64,000 bases of DNA from Takakia lepidozioides (taxonomy: Eukaryota > Plantae > Bryophyta). Below, piece after piece: positions 12,941 to 26,100 of this stretch. Under the pieces are notes generated by a model, which saw nothing but the letters and a program-made list of their open reading frames with translations, searched no databases and was not told the DNA's origin. Made by a program: the position numbers and the translations under genes. The number at the start of each line of letters is the position of its first letter. The stretch's first letter is position 1. The stretch spans positions 53,320,001 to 53,384,000 of the forward strand of contig CM060733.1 of NCBI GenBank assembly GCA_030704615.1, read 5' to 3'.

Positions 12941-13398
12941 GAGTGACCAAGTGCCCCTAGGGAAAGGTAAAATTGAGCCATTGATGAGTTAACAAAGAGG
13001 AGGAAATGCATTCAAAATAAACATTGTGATTGGGCCTCTAGTTTTACCCATCTCAACCTGGAAAGACATGTATCAATTGCAGCTGGCCTTTGTGTACCGA
13101 GACTACATCAGGAAGGAGTGAGTGGAAACTTGCACATTATTTAGTAATATCTAATATTATGTTATCTAATTACATGACAAGGAGTGATATGATGAAGGAG
13201 ACAGATTCATGCATGTTGCATTTGGGGAGGCACCCCTTTGCTGTGGGATGGAGCGGGGCTGCCGTACATGGCAAGGTTGAGGGCCACCGGGTGGTAGTCA
13301 AACTCGCACCGAAAGGTTCAAAATGTACAATGGTAAGCCTTTTTGCTGGCATCTCCTTCTTTCAGAAATTTGTTCTATTTTAGTTCTGCTAGCTCATA

Positions 13399-14086
13399 TC
13401 AATATATGAAGCAAGACGTTTGTTTGTTTGTTTTGTTTTGTTTTGTAGCATCGTTGAGATAACCACGGGGCCAGGTGCTTGGTGCCGATGGAAAGCCCTC
13501 GATGAGAACGGGTGCACCGGCTTGGTCTCATGATTTTGGATCCGCGGTGTGGGAAATATCGAATTTCAAGTACTTCAGTCGCTAGAAATTCGGGAAAAAT
13601 ATCAAAGTGGGCTTTCCTGGTAAAGAAATATGTTACTACTCAATAAGTTCATGAGTTATGGAATACAATGATTGGCCTTTCGTGTGGGAGATCTAGAATT
13701 TCTGGTTGATGAAAAGGAAATATATTACTACTCAATAAATTCACATGAGATTGCACTTGGGCTTAGATGGGGCTTGACATTATAAAAAATTGTGCATGAA
13801 AAATTTTATGAATAAAGAAGATCTGGAATTTCAATTGTGAAGGTTATTGTTTCTGTTTGATGAAAAAGAAATATGTTACTACTCAATAAATTCATGAGTT
13901 ATGGAATACAATGATTGGCATTTCATGTGGGAAATCTGGAATTTCTGGTTGATGAAAAAGAAATATATTACTACTCAATTCTTCACACATAGGCCTCGAC
14001 ATAGGGGACACACTTGGATACAGAGAGGATTATGCTTGGACTTAGATGACACTGGACACTTGGGCCAACGGCACATGCTACCCTAG
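13399..14086 (+). mobile_element. Complete non-autonomous Helitron in an intron of the kinase pseudogene
   Basis: A|TCAATATATGAAGCAAG ... tgggccaacggcaca hairpin, tgctaccCTAG|T. Inserted at an AT dinucleotide with no TSD. Same family as 6250-7668. Confidence 0.85.
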
Positions 14087-15439
14087 TTAGGTGTTTGCTT
14101 GTGCAAGCTCTCATAAATGAGCTTCGTGTTTATCAGAAGTTTTGGAAGTATTGGGCGACTATCGTCCCAGCTCTCATATGGGACAACTGTGAATGACACA
14201 ATAGTGTACGTTGCAACAGACCTTATCAAAGATCATAAACTTGGATTTGATAAGGTTGTACATACAACGAGATAATTGTCCCGTTATATTGTCATTTCTC
14301 TGTTTCCAAATTACCTAGCATTCTAGTAACGTGCTAATCTATTGGATGCATGATTTTGTCCAGGAAAGGTGACCCCGAAGTTGCGAGTGGCGCAACAGTT
14401 GAAGCCCTTCGGGTCATACATAACTCCGGCATACTTCATGGGGACATCTAGAGAAGCAACATTTTGGTATTGGGTGAAGGACGGGAAGTTCGTTTTATTG
14501 ATTTCGGGTTTTCTCGGGACATCAAGAGCTCTAAAGATTGCAAGAGAAAGCATGCAAAGTTGCAGCACATTCTTGGTTTGGAATGAAATTGGACATATGT
14601 AAGGCCTCGTGAATGAGAATCCAAATGTTCTTTTCCTTCTTCTGTCTGCTGTTCTTCTCCCTGAGGTATCAAAATTCGTCTCATCCTTTCCCCATCATTT
14701 CCCCTCCCAATTGACTGCATCTACTTGCCAAAGAGTTTACTTTATCCTCGTCTGAACATTCCTGCCGATACTTTACTTTTGCTCTTGTGTAGAGATTTAT
14801 TACCATGTGCGATGGGAAGCAATGGACTTTTGTCCACCTCTCTCTATTTCTTCCTGAAGTCCACACTTGACTTTCCTATATTGTGCCATTGTGTATAGTA
14901 GTTGTACCATAGTTTTTTCAGTCTACTTGACTATGTAGTTGCAGACCAGTGGAGGGGATGATTGACTCATCAATCCTAACTTTAGCTATGGGGGCAATGC
15001 CATCTAATCAGCAGAGAAATTGTTGGTAAGAACAGACATGGAAGGCTTTTGGTTTTGGTGTGTCCCCCCCCCCCCCCCTTCCTATTGGTGTGAGTGATAT
15101 GTGTTCCTGAAAGGGCAAGTCCTCTGCAAATTTTGCATATGCTTAGAAGGATGTGTCTCGGCCAGAAGTGTCTCATGTTCTTTCACAATAAGCAATTTGT
15201 GCAGAATTTGGTGAAACCACTTTTTGACTCTACATTCTGTATATGAGAAACTTTTCCTGGTGGTGAGCTCTTTAGAATACTTTTGCACTTTTCAATCTGA
15301 TAAATATGGAACTTGGAAGTGGGATAATCCCAAAATACTTCATACTTCATATGTCAAAGGTGGGGCTGAGCAGCAGCACACTATTAGCTTTCTGCTCTCC
15401 AACCTAAAGCACCCAACTTTCTCATGCATTTTTTTTGTT

Positions 15440-15890
15440 TCACCAGTAACCCGCATGACTAGAACACTGCTTCCCTTAGAACAACTGCTCGTGTAACAAT
15501 TTCGGAGGTGAATTTGTTGGCAGTGTTGCAGTCCCGACACAACATATGACTTTAGACATTGGCCTAGATAGGAGTCCCGATATTGATGAGCCCAAATGCA
15601 ATAGCCAGTTTCACATAGTGATGGCCAACAGAAAGTTCATTTTCCTCTTCCTTCAACTCGGTAATACAAAACATGGGATTGATCCAACCTCGTTCACCCG
15701 CTCAAACAGTCTCTTGTTTTTCTTACCTCTATGCAGCTACACCCCACCTCCTATCTGACACCTATGATATCTATCATTTTTCTCACCTTTGATTTATCAT
15801 CCCACTTCCAACTGCAGCATACATGTTCAATTAGCTGCAGAGTCATGCGCACTTAATTTGACAATGCATTTTGCGGCTCCTTCTATAAGC
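15440..15890 (-). pseudogene. PPR editing-factor E1/E2-DYW domain remnant
   Basis: The minus strand, across frameshifts, reads NMYAA..KWDDKSKVRKMI..GVR*EVGCSCIEV (PG box), ELKEEENELSVGHHYVKLAIAFGLINIGTPI*, CRDCNTANKFTSEIVTRAVVLREA and ...GYW* (stop at 15440-15442). The HxE motif is destroyed and no upstream PPR array is visible. Confidence 0.85.
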
Positions 15891-16509
15891 CTCTATACAC
15901 TTTGCAACTATATTAGCCCCAATCTCTATGATGTTGGTAACAACTATTAATGTCAATGCCGCCAACCACCTCCCGTCCTTACAATCTAGAGAAGGTTTGT
16001 CAATTTTGTTCCCTATTTGCAATTGCCATGTTGGGCCCACATGCACTTGTGACTTAAATCATTTGGACAACTTATACACATAAACTTGTCGTTGGTTGAT
16101 TTATATTTCAAACGACTTGGAATACAAATTATTGGTCTAGACAATGGTATAAAATTCAATGAAAATTTACACCTATAACATAAAACTTAAGTTTGAATTT
16201 GTTTTTCTTAAAAAATTCAATATTATAAAACAAAGATGGTGAGAAAAAGACTTGCAAGAGGCTTACATTCATATGAAGAGCCTGATAAGCTAGTTGCCAA
16301 CTTTCAGCCCACAAAGTCAGGAAACTGACAATTTGTATGTTCATGACTTGGTATCATGGAAACGATTGTCAGCAAACAAATTGATGTAGTACGGAAGAAT
16401 TATGAATTCAAACTCAACAAAAAGTCTTCTACTCTTGCTTTGTTTTGGTGGTTTAGTTACTCATGATTTTTCCTAATAGTGGTCTTAAAAAAAAAAAAAC
16501 TGGCATGTG

Positions 16510-17826
16510 TCTATGATTATTTGCTACTTGAAAATATAAGTTTATTGCATGTTTGGCCACAAAAAGGAGGTTAGGTTTTCTTGTGGACTTCTTACTATAG
16601 GGGTTTGCAACATCTAGTCTAAATGCTCCCACTAGGAAAGTTGTGACGGAAACATTGTGAGTCAATCTATGACTTCGGCATAATATAGTCACAAATAAAT
16701 CTAAGGCTTGTACAACAAACCACCTACTATTGCAACTACAAGGCATTGCAACAAATTGTTACACGTTCTTGCAGTTATCTTCCAACATTTTTTATACATA
16801 AAATAATAATAATGTTCAATATTAAGCTGTAGATATCCAATAGATAGTGCAATGGTTAGGGAATAATACCATTCAATTAGTGGTTATGGATCCAAAACCA
16901 TACTAATTTGTTGGATGTCAAGCATCAATATATGGCCTAAAGGTTAGAAGATCTCCTTACAACTTATCAGTAAAAGATGGAAATGGGTCGTACATCAATT
17001 TGTGACCCTTGAGGAGTCGCAAAATAGCCATTATCCAAGCTGATTGCATGGTTTAGAGTAGTTTGCAACCCCTAGAAATCAAGTTCGTCTCGAGGGGAGA
17101 GGCCGACACCTGGCCGACAGAGATCATCCCCCGGATGGAAAAACGACGTCGAATTTCCATCCGAGGCCTCCAGGGTCTAGTTCAGATACACCATATGAAG
17201 TGAATGCAATAGATTGATAACTTACACTCTGGCCCTCTATTCGCAACCCCTGCGTATTGATGCAGAACCATTTTTTGAGGAAGACCGGGGTGACACTTTT
17301 CGGTGTCCACCTTGCCACAGCATTGTCTGTGGTCTTCCCTCTTGTGGCAAGGACCACCATACATCCACCGTCATCCAGGAGCATCCCCGCTAGCCCAAAC
17401 TCGGCTCTACAGTAGTCCTCAGTAAACATGTTCCAGGTGGGCACACCATCGAGGTCCATTTGTCAATCTTATCAGTTGAGACGTCTCTCCCTTACCAATC
17501 ACAACTACATACATATACATTCTTGGATCGCAACACAAAATGTTGTAGAGTGGATATGTTTTGTGACAGGTTCCAGTTGAATCAACGTAGATTGGCACAT
17601 ATTCCATGATCATAATTGGATTTTCTTGCAACCCCGAAAGTCGCAGATTTGCTTGAGGGTTGCAAATTTGAGACGTTCTGAGTGCGACGGTCAAGGCGTC
17701 CCAGATTGGATCTTATGGGTGGTGTGGCAAACCCCCTCTTAAATGGAATAGATTTTGTTTTCTACCTTTGCTCAAGGAGTCAAGATAGAACGACGAATGA
17801 CGAATGTTTTCGTCTACAATTGGTTT
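16510..17826 (+). repeat. Copy 2 of the dispersed repeat, carrying an unrelated ~370-bp insert (17085-17455)
   Basis: See copy 1 (10630-12386). Lacks the 10920-11205 and 11255-11602 insertions and ends ~135 bp upstream of the ATG at 17961. Confidence 0.85.
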
Positions 17827-17960
17827 TCCGTTCCACATCCAAAACGTTCATTCAACAACGTTGAACGTTTGTTTCTCTGTGCTTTAGCACCATTTCATTT
17901 CTGTGCTTTAGCCTGCGTGCTCGCAATTGTCTTTCTTGTATTCTCTGGCCGCACAGCGCG

Positions 17961-19826
17961 ATGAGTGCAAGACGGAGGACCCGATCAGCCAAGGCAGCGG
18001 TCGACGCCCCGTCCCGCCCTGTTGTATCCGCTACCAGTTCTGGTCCCTCTGCCAAGATTTCCGGAAATTTGTTGTGTCAAGGCATATCTGAGCTGAAGAC
18101 GAGCACGTCGTCTGCTATCGACTCTGTGAGGAAGGAGATGGAAAATTCTCATTCTTCTATCTCGAAAGATCTGGAATCTGCAACTGCTAGGCTGACGAAG
18201 CGGATCAAGGTCAGTACTGCCGTAAGGTTGAAAAGTGCTCTCCTGAAGTCGCATTTGTTGTCTCGATAATGTTCTGATGCACCGATCGCGTTATACGTAA
18301 GAACCTGGAACTTCTCCTTCTTGCTCGCAACGATGTGTTGAGGATTTTCACGTCTATTGATACACAGAGTGAATACAGGTTTTTATCCACATATCATGAA
18401 TTATGTTTTTCACATACCGTCCCTCAATGATCCGAAGAAGAATGAGCCTGACACGTCGATTAATTCTTAGAGTCCGATATGAGATGTTGGTCGGGGAGCT
18501 GAATCCGAGGCTGAATCTCGCGAGAGCTATCCGAACATTTCAGAAGGAGTTTGAGATGTGCACTAACCTCTTCATCTATACAGTTTTCGTAGTTAAATAA
18601 GCTCTCGATCAGCCTTTGGCAAACAGAACGGGGAGTCGCAAACTCCGTGCAGTTTATGACCTAGTGTTCGCAAAAGAACTGGTTAAACATCACGAATCTT
18701 CAAAATGAGCATTCTATTTACCAGGATCTGGATGACGTGCACTGGCATATGGCAGCTGGACACACAGGTTTGTACGAAGCATGCGGAGGACCTCGAACAA
18801 CAGTTTAAGAAGTTCAAAAGTGACATTGACGAGGACTTCCAAGAGATCAAGGTAATACGTGTGTGCAGGCTTCGGGCTCCCTGTTTCCACTGCACATGTA
18901 AGAATATTTCTGTTCAAATGGACGTACAAATCAAAAGAAACCACATAATTAAGAATCTAGAGCTGCTCGCGGAAGAACTTGTAAGTTCTTGATTGCTAAT
19001 GTCTGGACACCGAGGGAAAAGTCTTGAGAGAGAGAGATTGGGGTAAACGTAGAGTCTGATACGAGTCCTCTGAGCGTAAGGTTGAGCCTTCGGATGTGCT
19101 GCATCGAGCCAAATTTGCCTCATTACCCGAATTTCTGTGGCCCCTAGCGGCGTTTCAGATTGTGGATTAGGAGACAAAGGTAATCTTGAGAGCAAAATTA
19201 GGACACAGATTTTGTTCATAGAGCCGCACGAAGGCACCTAGATTTGTACGATGGAAAATTATTATATTGTTATGTGTCTGAGCGGCCTGGAATTCTATAT
19301 TACAATGTCCAGTCCAGATGCCTTAAATAAAAAAATAATCTACAGATGAATAGGAATCTTTATGATGAAGATGATGAAGATGAAGATGATCATGATGAAA
19401 ATGATTTTTGAAAGATGAACAGCGAGTTGCATATTTTCCCAGGAATCTTATCCAGGTTGTACAGTTTGTTTGATAATGTGCCATCTAATGGAGCTTTTCC
19501 TCGAGGCCCGAAAATATTACCAGTTGCTTTCTAATACTTTGACTAATCTGTGGTTTTGCAGGATGCATGTGAGGATATTTGCAGCAAAATGCAGTCCTCA
19601 AGTGCACAATGTATGTGGACACTGGACCTATCCTATTGGAAATTTCTTGACAATTAAAAAAGTACTTATAAACTCATAAGGAATAGAGGATTGCACATTA
19701 GAAGTCGCTCCCTTGACTTTTACGAATTGTGTGTTGATTGCAGTTTCCAAGAAGGCCGTTGTCGAGCTTCTTAAATCTGCACAAGCAAGCCTCGATGGGC
19801 TACGCTCACGCTATGTAACATCCTAA
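17961..19826 (+). CDS. Small uncharacterised coiled-coil protein (~158 aa, 4 exons)
   Basis: Exons 17961-18209, 18756-18851, 19562-19610 and 19744-19826 are all GT-AG and in frame. The protein reads MSARRRTRS...SHSSISKDLESATARLTKRIK-LDTQVCTKHAEDLEQQFKKFK...EIK-DACEDICSKMQSSSAQ-FSKKAVVELLKSAQASLDGLRSRYVTS*. It resembles a conserved plant family with an SHSEILKDLE..HSRLHKRFK...LRSRY signature (from memory, not searched). Confidence 0.75.
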
Positions 19827-20372
19827 GTCTGAACTGCCAAGTGTTCTTCAATTTTCGGATATAACCTGGTCAAAATATTTGTACAGCGTAGTGTAACCAG
19901 GAACGACGTCCTTGGCAACATTTTGCTACAGCGCAAACTGGAGGGTCCTCATGTTTGAGCTAGGGACCCGTGTTAGAGCTCTCTACGTAGCTTTCTCTCG
20001 AGAGGCTTTCCAACAGCTTAAGGACGGACACAGATGTAGGAGCTGTAAAGTGGGGTCAAGGGACTTCTCAGGGACATTTCCAAAATAATCTTCACCATTC
20101 ACATCAGTGACCATTTTGAATGAAATTCAACTGTTGCATAGTCATGACTTCAGATCAGGGCCTAAGTTTATCTGAGCCTTTGTACATATGCTGAACTTGC
20201 CTCTTTCTACATGCGACCGTCTTACCCCTAGAAAAGTTGGAAGAGAGACGAGAGGTAGCCGGACAGAAGAATGATTCTTGAAAGAGATTTCCTACGTCTG
20301 CGAGTGGCCCATGGGATACGCATGGACACATCGAACTCCAAATGTTGCACGGTGTAATGCCTGCATGCCTCC

Positions 20373-20375
<3 letters not shown>

Positions 20376-20423
<48 letters not shown>
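20376..20423. repeat. (GA)n microsatellite
   Basis: About 24 perfect GA units. Confidence 0.95.
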
Positions 20424-20426
<3 letters not shown>

Positions 20427-20499
20427 AAGCGAACAGACTAGGCAACGGTGTCCGCTATTTTTTAGCAGCGACCGGGCCATAACAGCGATGGTCCTTGGG

Positions 20500-23400
20500 A
20501 GGACGTTTGTACATGGAAGTATAGCGATTCCAACTGGCGGACACATTCTGCCAACTCTGAGCTCAAAGTAAGTAGTAGAGGTAGGAAAGGTATGGGTTTG
20601 CAGAATGTGGGGCCAAGTGCACAACGTTTTGTTGGTTAAACAGTGTATGATAGAGCTGTTAGAATTAGTTATCGTACTGGTCATTGGCATTGAAGACTCA
20701 AAGTTATGTTCTTAAGATGTCAAGTCCTGCAAATCTCTGGCAACAGGAACCCAGAAATTCAAGATGTCTGCTGCTCACTGACTAGCTTGCTTAGGGATGC
20801 CTTATTACAGTGTCATATTTCAATCAAGTAAGTATCTAGACTGAACATATCCTATATTGCGTTCAATGGGTGCTAGGATTCCTTGATGTCAAATTATGTG
20901 GACATGAAGTGAAGTTGCAATGATAGAAAGCGGCAGCAGCAGTTGGGTGGCAAGACTGACTCAAACTTGAAGAGGTGCTGATTTTGATGCTGACTACAAG
21001 CCAAGGATTAGGCCCTCAACACAAGTAGACAAGGGCAACATGGGCAAGAGCTGGCCAGCATGATGGTTGTTGCTTGTTGCTTCTCTTTCAACATTTTTCA
21101 CATCAATGTGGAAATCAGAGTCTTTTGCCTTTGTTGGGCCCAGCAACCCAAGGGAAAGTTAATTACCCATGTAGGGCTGTGATGATGAGTGCGGGCTAGG
21201 GACATTCCAAACCCTAGTCCTCAGGAGTTCAATTTTTGGTCCAAGTATGTGGACCTGTTTGGCTGGCCCCACTATTCTTCCCAAGTCCCCCCATGTTCTT
21301 GCCTTTTCACTTTCCGAGTTCGTACATGAAGATGGGCCCTCATCTCGGAGCCGTTAGTGTGTTGAGCTACTTTCTGGGCGGTCATGTTCTCTCCACCAAA
21401 CGACCTACTCACAACTGGGCACCCTCCTCCCTCAGAAGGAAGAAGTGTGGTGTTTTGGCTAGACATATCCCAGATCTGTCAGCACATGATCTTGACATTG
21501 GACACCTTAAAGAGGAATGATTGTGCATGCAAGACAACTATGTTCTTTGCTGTTGCATACTTCAATGGCTGCTGTACTGTAGTAAGCTGCCAGTTTGGGC
21601 CTGCCCTGCCCACAATCAGCTCGAGTAAGGGCCCTGGTGGACCCACCTACGGCGGGCAGTGGGCTGTGCATCAGTACTTCAAATCTCCACTGCAATCCAG
21701 ATTCTACCAATATGGGTACCCATGCTTCTCCTGCTCCGCGACCTCGGTACAGCTTTAACTAGCTTGGAGTCTATCCAAACATGTCCGGGAAACACCGGCT
21801 AAGTAGGAGTTTCCCAAGGCCGCGTAGTATGGTGAAGGGGGGCCACATGTGATGAACTGATGTATTGGACTGCAGAATGTGAACAGAAGATGTCGCCAAA
21901 AGAAGCATCAAACACTGCTGAGGTGAGAGAGAGGGCAGGTGCACCGTGCAATACAAGGCAGGCACCAACGGTGTCCGTTACGTTGCTACGGAGCCGGCGC
22001 GTCAGCACTACCAGACCAGTGTATTGCGCACTCACTATACTCTACAGCGAGGTATGAGTACCTAGTAAACGGCCGTGGATGGGACCCATTTTATTTTGAA
22101 TGATTCGGAGTGAAAGTTCTTCATACAAGATAAATTGTATAAAGATCTTCAACCAGTCATGTGGGTCAACTCAACACGACCTTTACTGGAGTCTGGGACT
22201 TAATGAGTATCTAATACAAGAACAAAACTTTGTGGGAAGATGGCTTTCTGGGTATAAATGTCAAAAGGAAGGTGCAAAGCATGGGTGTGGGTTAAGCTTA
22301 CTAGAGAACTACATAAAGTAGAGAGTGCCATGAGAGAGAGAAGGCATATACCTGGGAGGTTAGCTTAGTGGTGCAGGACAGCTTACATCAAAATGAGTGG
22401 GATGCAAGTGAGTACAAAAGGGACGCCCCTCAGTCACAGGACAATTGAGTGCATTGGAGAATCATACGAGGTTGGGCGTTGATGTTGAAGTGGACACTGC
22501 AAGTGACAGTCCTGCTTTTGGACAGTTGCAACAGTCCCTAGACTGTGTACAATGGTCCATTCATTTTCATACTGGGACCAAGTAATAATGGGATAATCAG
22601 GATAAATAGGATCACTCACCCCTTTTTCTTGGTGTAGAGTGTAGACGTGTAGACATCAAACTGACACCTATGGATATGATTGTTACATACTTGTGGGCAG
22701 AAAACAATCATTCCCCAATTTGCACACATTGTGCACCAAGTGAATGGATGAAATGTATTAAGCCATCGGATGACTTCTCTACTTGTCGTAATTGCGCACG
22801 AAGTTTCTTCAAGAAGTATATGCTCCAGATGAGCAGTCTATTAGTATAGATCTGTCTGGCACTGAATATATGGAGTGACGATGGAGACATATGTAATTTA
22901 TGCGACAAACGTAAGGCATGGACATGGATTCCGATTTACTGCCCCGGTCGCACATCATTGCGAAGTAGTCTTGAGGTCACCACCCATACCCATCACCCAA
23001 CACCCTGAGGGTGACGCCCCGACAACTTGAAGTTGCACATTGAGAACTATAAGTGCCGGAATGGGAGCTTTTTTTTCAAAGACGGTCCAACCTACTGTCT
23101 TTGGAATGATTGGATCAACTCTTAGTAGTATAACCAAGTATTTGCCGAACCGTTGCGTGATGCCAATGGGTGTGCATGGATAACAGGCAACTTCCTTACA
23201 TGAGAATGGAAAATATTAAACTCTGGAAGGCAAGGCAAGGACGAATTTGACAAGTCCCTTTTGTACAAGGGACATTCCCCCCAAAAAGGTCGTTATTATG
23301 TTCCTCAATGATACCTAGCACTTTAGATAAGCCATTGACCTAGTCCAGTGCTGAACACAATACTAGTTAGCAACTTGTTGCAATCCAACGTTTTCCATGT

Positions 23401-26100
23401 GTTTGTTTGTGCGTGTGTTAGGGAAGGGCAGGGGTGGATTACGGAAATATTTGTGGGAGGTGGTAGGTGTTCTTATAAGCATCCTTCAATTTAGTTGCAA
23501 CTCCTCCTTCCTTTTTTCTTTTCTTTTGTTCTACCTGTTCAACGCGGTTTGCGCACTGGCCCGCTGGCTCTTATTTACGCTAACCACGCTAACTATGGTT
23601 GACATCATATATATATATATATATGGAATCGGAGATTTGGGTGATGAGAGAGTCAGGCTCAAGTTGGTATGCGCTTTTGCGGGTTGAATGTGTTCCATTT
23701 TCTATACCAACAAATTGAGTGGAATGAAGGAGGTGACCCAGTTGACTTTGAGTCCACAGACAGATACACGCTTTGCCACATAAATCAATCAGGGCCAGGT
23801 TGAGAAAACAAATGAAATGATCAAAGTCGGCATTCAAGCAGTCGGCAGTTTTTTTTGAGTTGTCAAGTTTGGATGAGCAAATGATGATGAGGCCCATTTT
23901 GGGTTAGTAAACATCAGTTACAACTTACAGGGAGTTTGGGCGGCAAGTCTAGTTGGTAGGGAGTTTGTATGTTTGTAGTAAAGAGTGTGTGACAAAACCT
24001 GGTAAAAGCAAAATTAGGGCATTCAAGTGCATGACTGGGAGGTGCTTTTATGGCTTTAGGTATCCATTTGAACACTTGGATCCAAGCCTGCTGCCCAACA
24101 AACGCCACTGAGCCAATTGGGTGGGAGGATCTAGCTACATAATCTAAAACCCAGGCCATGGCTGGAGCTTCAGGACAGCTAGATGATTCTGCTTTGGAAT
24201 TCAAGAAGCCATTCAAGAAGGCCGCCTTTCAAATTGTTGAAGAGCTTTTAGTGAACTGTGATAATCTGACTGCTGGGTACAGGTACCACCGATTCAAGTT
24301 GAAGTGTGGGAAGGAAGTTTTTGTGGGCTGGTTCAAACCACACCCCCCTGGGAGTAAGTTAGTGTACTTTGTGTGTGTTGTTTGGAGGTGGAGTCTCCAC
24401 ATGCCTATCACAAGGTCATTAATTGGACTGCCATGGGGCGTGCCTACGCAGTACGGTCGGGTAGAGCTGACAGACGCAGTCTAAATTAGTTTTGTTTTTT
24501 TACGCGGCTTGCTAGATCTGCAACAGCCTGCTTTGGCATTCAATTACCTACTTTCCAACCTGCAGCATCTGCTGGTGACACCAATCCTGGAGGGATTGCA
24601 TGAAGAAAACAAGGATGCTCCGGTATGATGGAGGAGTCCCTTTCAGACGGTAGCTATGGAACTGGTATTCGCTCCTCCCAGCTCTGAGATTTGTGGGTTG
24701 TGAGTTGTGACGTTGTCAGTCGTGAGAAAGATTCACCTTCTTCGTGCTGCAACTCGGCTGGGATCAGCAGTCAAGTCGAACTTGTTGCTAGCAGCATTTA
24801 GACATGAAGACCATGCAGTGTGGGGTTGGATTATATCAGATCTACGGAGGTGGCCTTGATGGTTCATTTACTCCTACCCGTTTCTCATCAAATCTTCTGA
24901 TCCAAGCTCTACAGGCTAGTACTGTGCAACCCCGTCTTGTGGGTCTTTCACTGATTAAGCTCCTTGAAGGAAAACTGTTTGAGTACAGTACAGACAGCGC
25001 CGTGAAACGACGGTACTGGCGACGTCCGTTGCAATACGACAATTACAGTGGATATTTAGACTGCTGTCATCTCTACTGTACACACTACACTTACTTTACT
25101 ATAGACACCAGACTCTTGCGCTTCTCACCTTTCTTCATACGCGTGAACCTCTCCCACAGCCTGGCAGCAGGGCCTTGCTTTATTAGCAACACCGTTTCGC
25201 TAGTGTTGCCATTAGCACCTGATCACTGTGTGGATTAGAAGCACCGTCATCTACTTACATACTTCCGGGGTGTAACATATCCACGAGATATTCTTCCTGG
25301 ATACGAAGAAACTCCCGGACAGTCGGACCCCAACTGCCATGGAGCCTTGATGAATTGCCATGCGTCCGGCTGGCTCTCGGCCACCGCCAGCTTCCTGGGA
25401 TGCATGTGTTAAGTTAGAATACAAATCTGAAAAGGATTCAAGTGGGCCTGGCAAGTAAGTGGTGCAGCAGGTCTCACACGCTTATGCCAGCACTAAGAAG
25501 CAGGACAGTGTATGTACGTATGTACCACGGTAGGACCCTATCCGATGCCGTTCATTCATCTCTGCCCAGCTTCGCCACACTTTCTCTGAATGAGCTACTC
25601 ACGCTTGGTTCTAGCTTCCGGGAGGACGCTCATTAGCTATGGCTTGCATGTGATTATAGAGAGTAGAGCACCCCCGGACAGTACCAAAAACGGGTCATAT
25701 CGTAGATGGTGGTTACCAAATGTTTAGGTAGCTATGCCGAGTGGTCGAGACTCAAGATTCACGGCCGGGTATTTCACACCAACTTCGATTCATATCATCT
25801 TTTTGAATCACATCCTGATGATAGCTAGCTAGGCTAGAACCACACTGATCAGCGATGGAAGCTCTTCCTGACATGCAAAGTACAAACGACTTCAGTTAAG
25901 GAAATGCGGTGGGTCAGAGTCGGATGAGGTACTAGGTAGGGTACCGTCAAGTGATCAGGAGGAGTTTTGTTACTCCTCATGTGCTGCAGGATGCAACACC
26001 TTCACCGTGGGTAGGGCATGGGCGACTCTCAGGCTGGCAGCCCATGTCAGCCAAGGCAGCAAAACCATGGCCAGCATCCGTGCCGTCTGACTCCAGCAAG
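20500..26100. mobile_element. Heavily decayed TE zone (possible hAT transposase relics with a nested integrase-like scrap)
   Basis: Only short motif echoes: KVWVCRMW (~20600), LDISQICQHMIL and HQYFKSP (21460-21690), GQVEKTNEMIK (integrase-like, ~23795-23825). There are no intact ORFs. Confidence 0.3.

Larger units (their letters stand above)
12400..14586 (+). pseudogene. Nuclease-like domain + atypical protein kinase pseudogene (fungal/Crinkler-type kinase architecture)
   Basis: LLQAYNYM..NGY.MILSRDWTFLLKR...LYISEGI (12480-12605); GWSGAAVHGKVEGHRVVVKLAP (to donor ~13333); ALINELRVYQKFWKYWATIVPAL...VYVATDLI (14107-14254, frameshifted); EALRVIHNSGILHGDI*RSNILV...VRFIDFGFS...LGLE* (14363-14586). 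There is a premature TAG at 14449-14451 and several frameshifts. Confidence 0.75.

Noticed and set aside
16467-16481. CACTA-like terminus (reverse complement CACTATTAGGAAAA)
   Set aside because: No partner TIR or 3-bp TSD was found.
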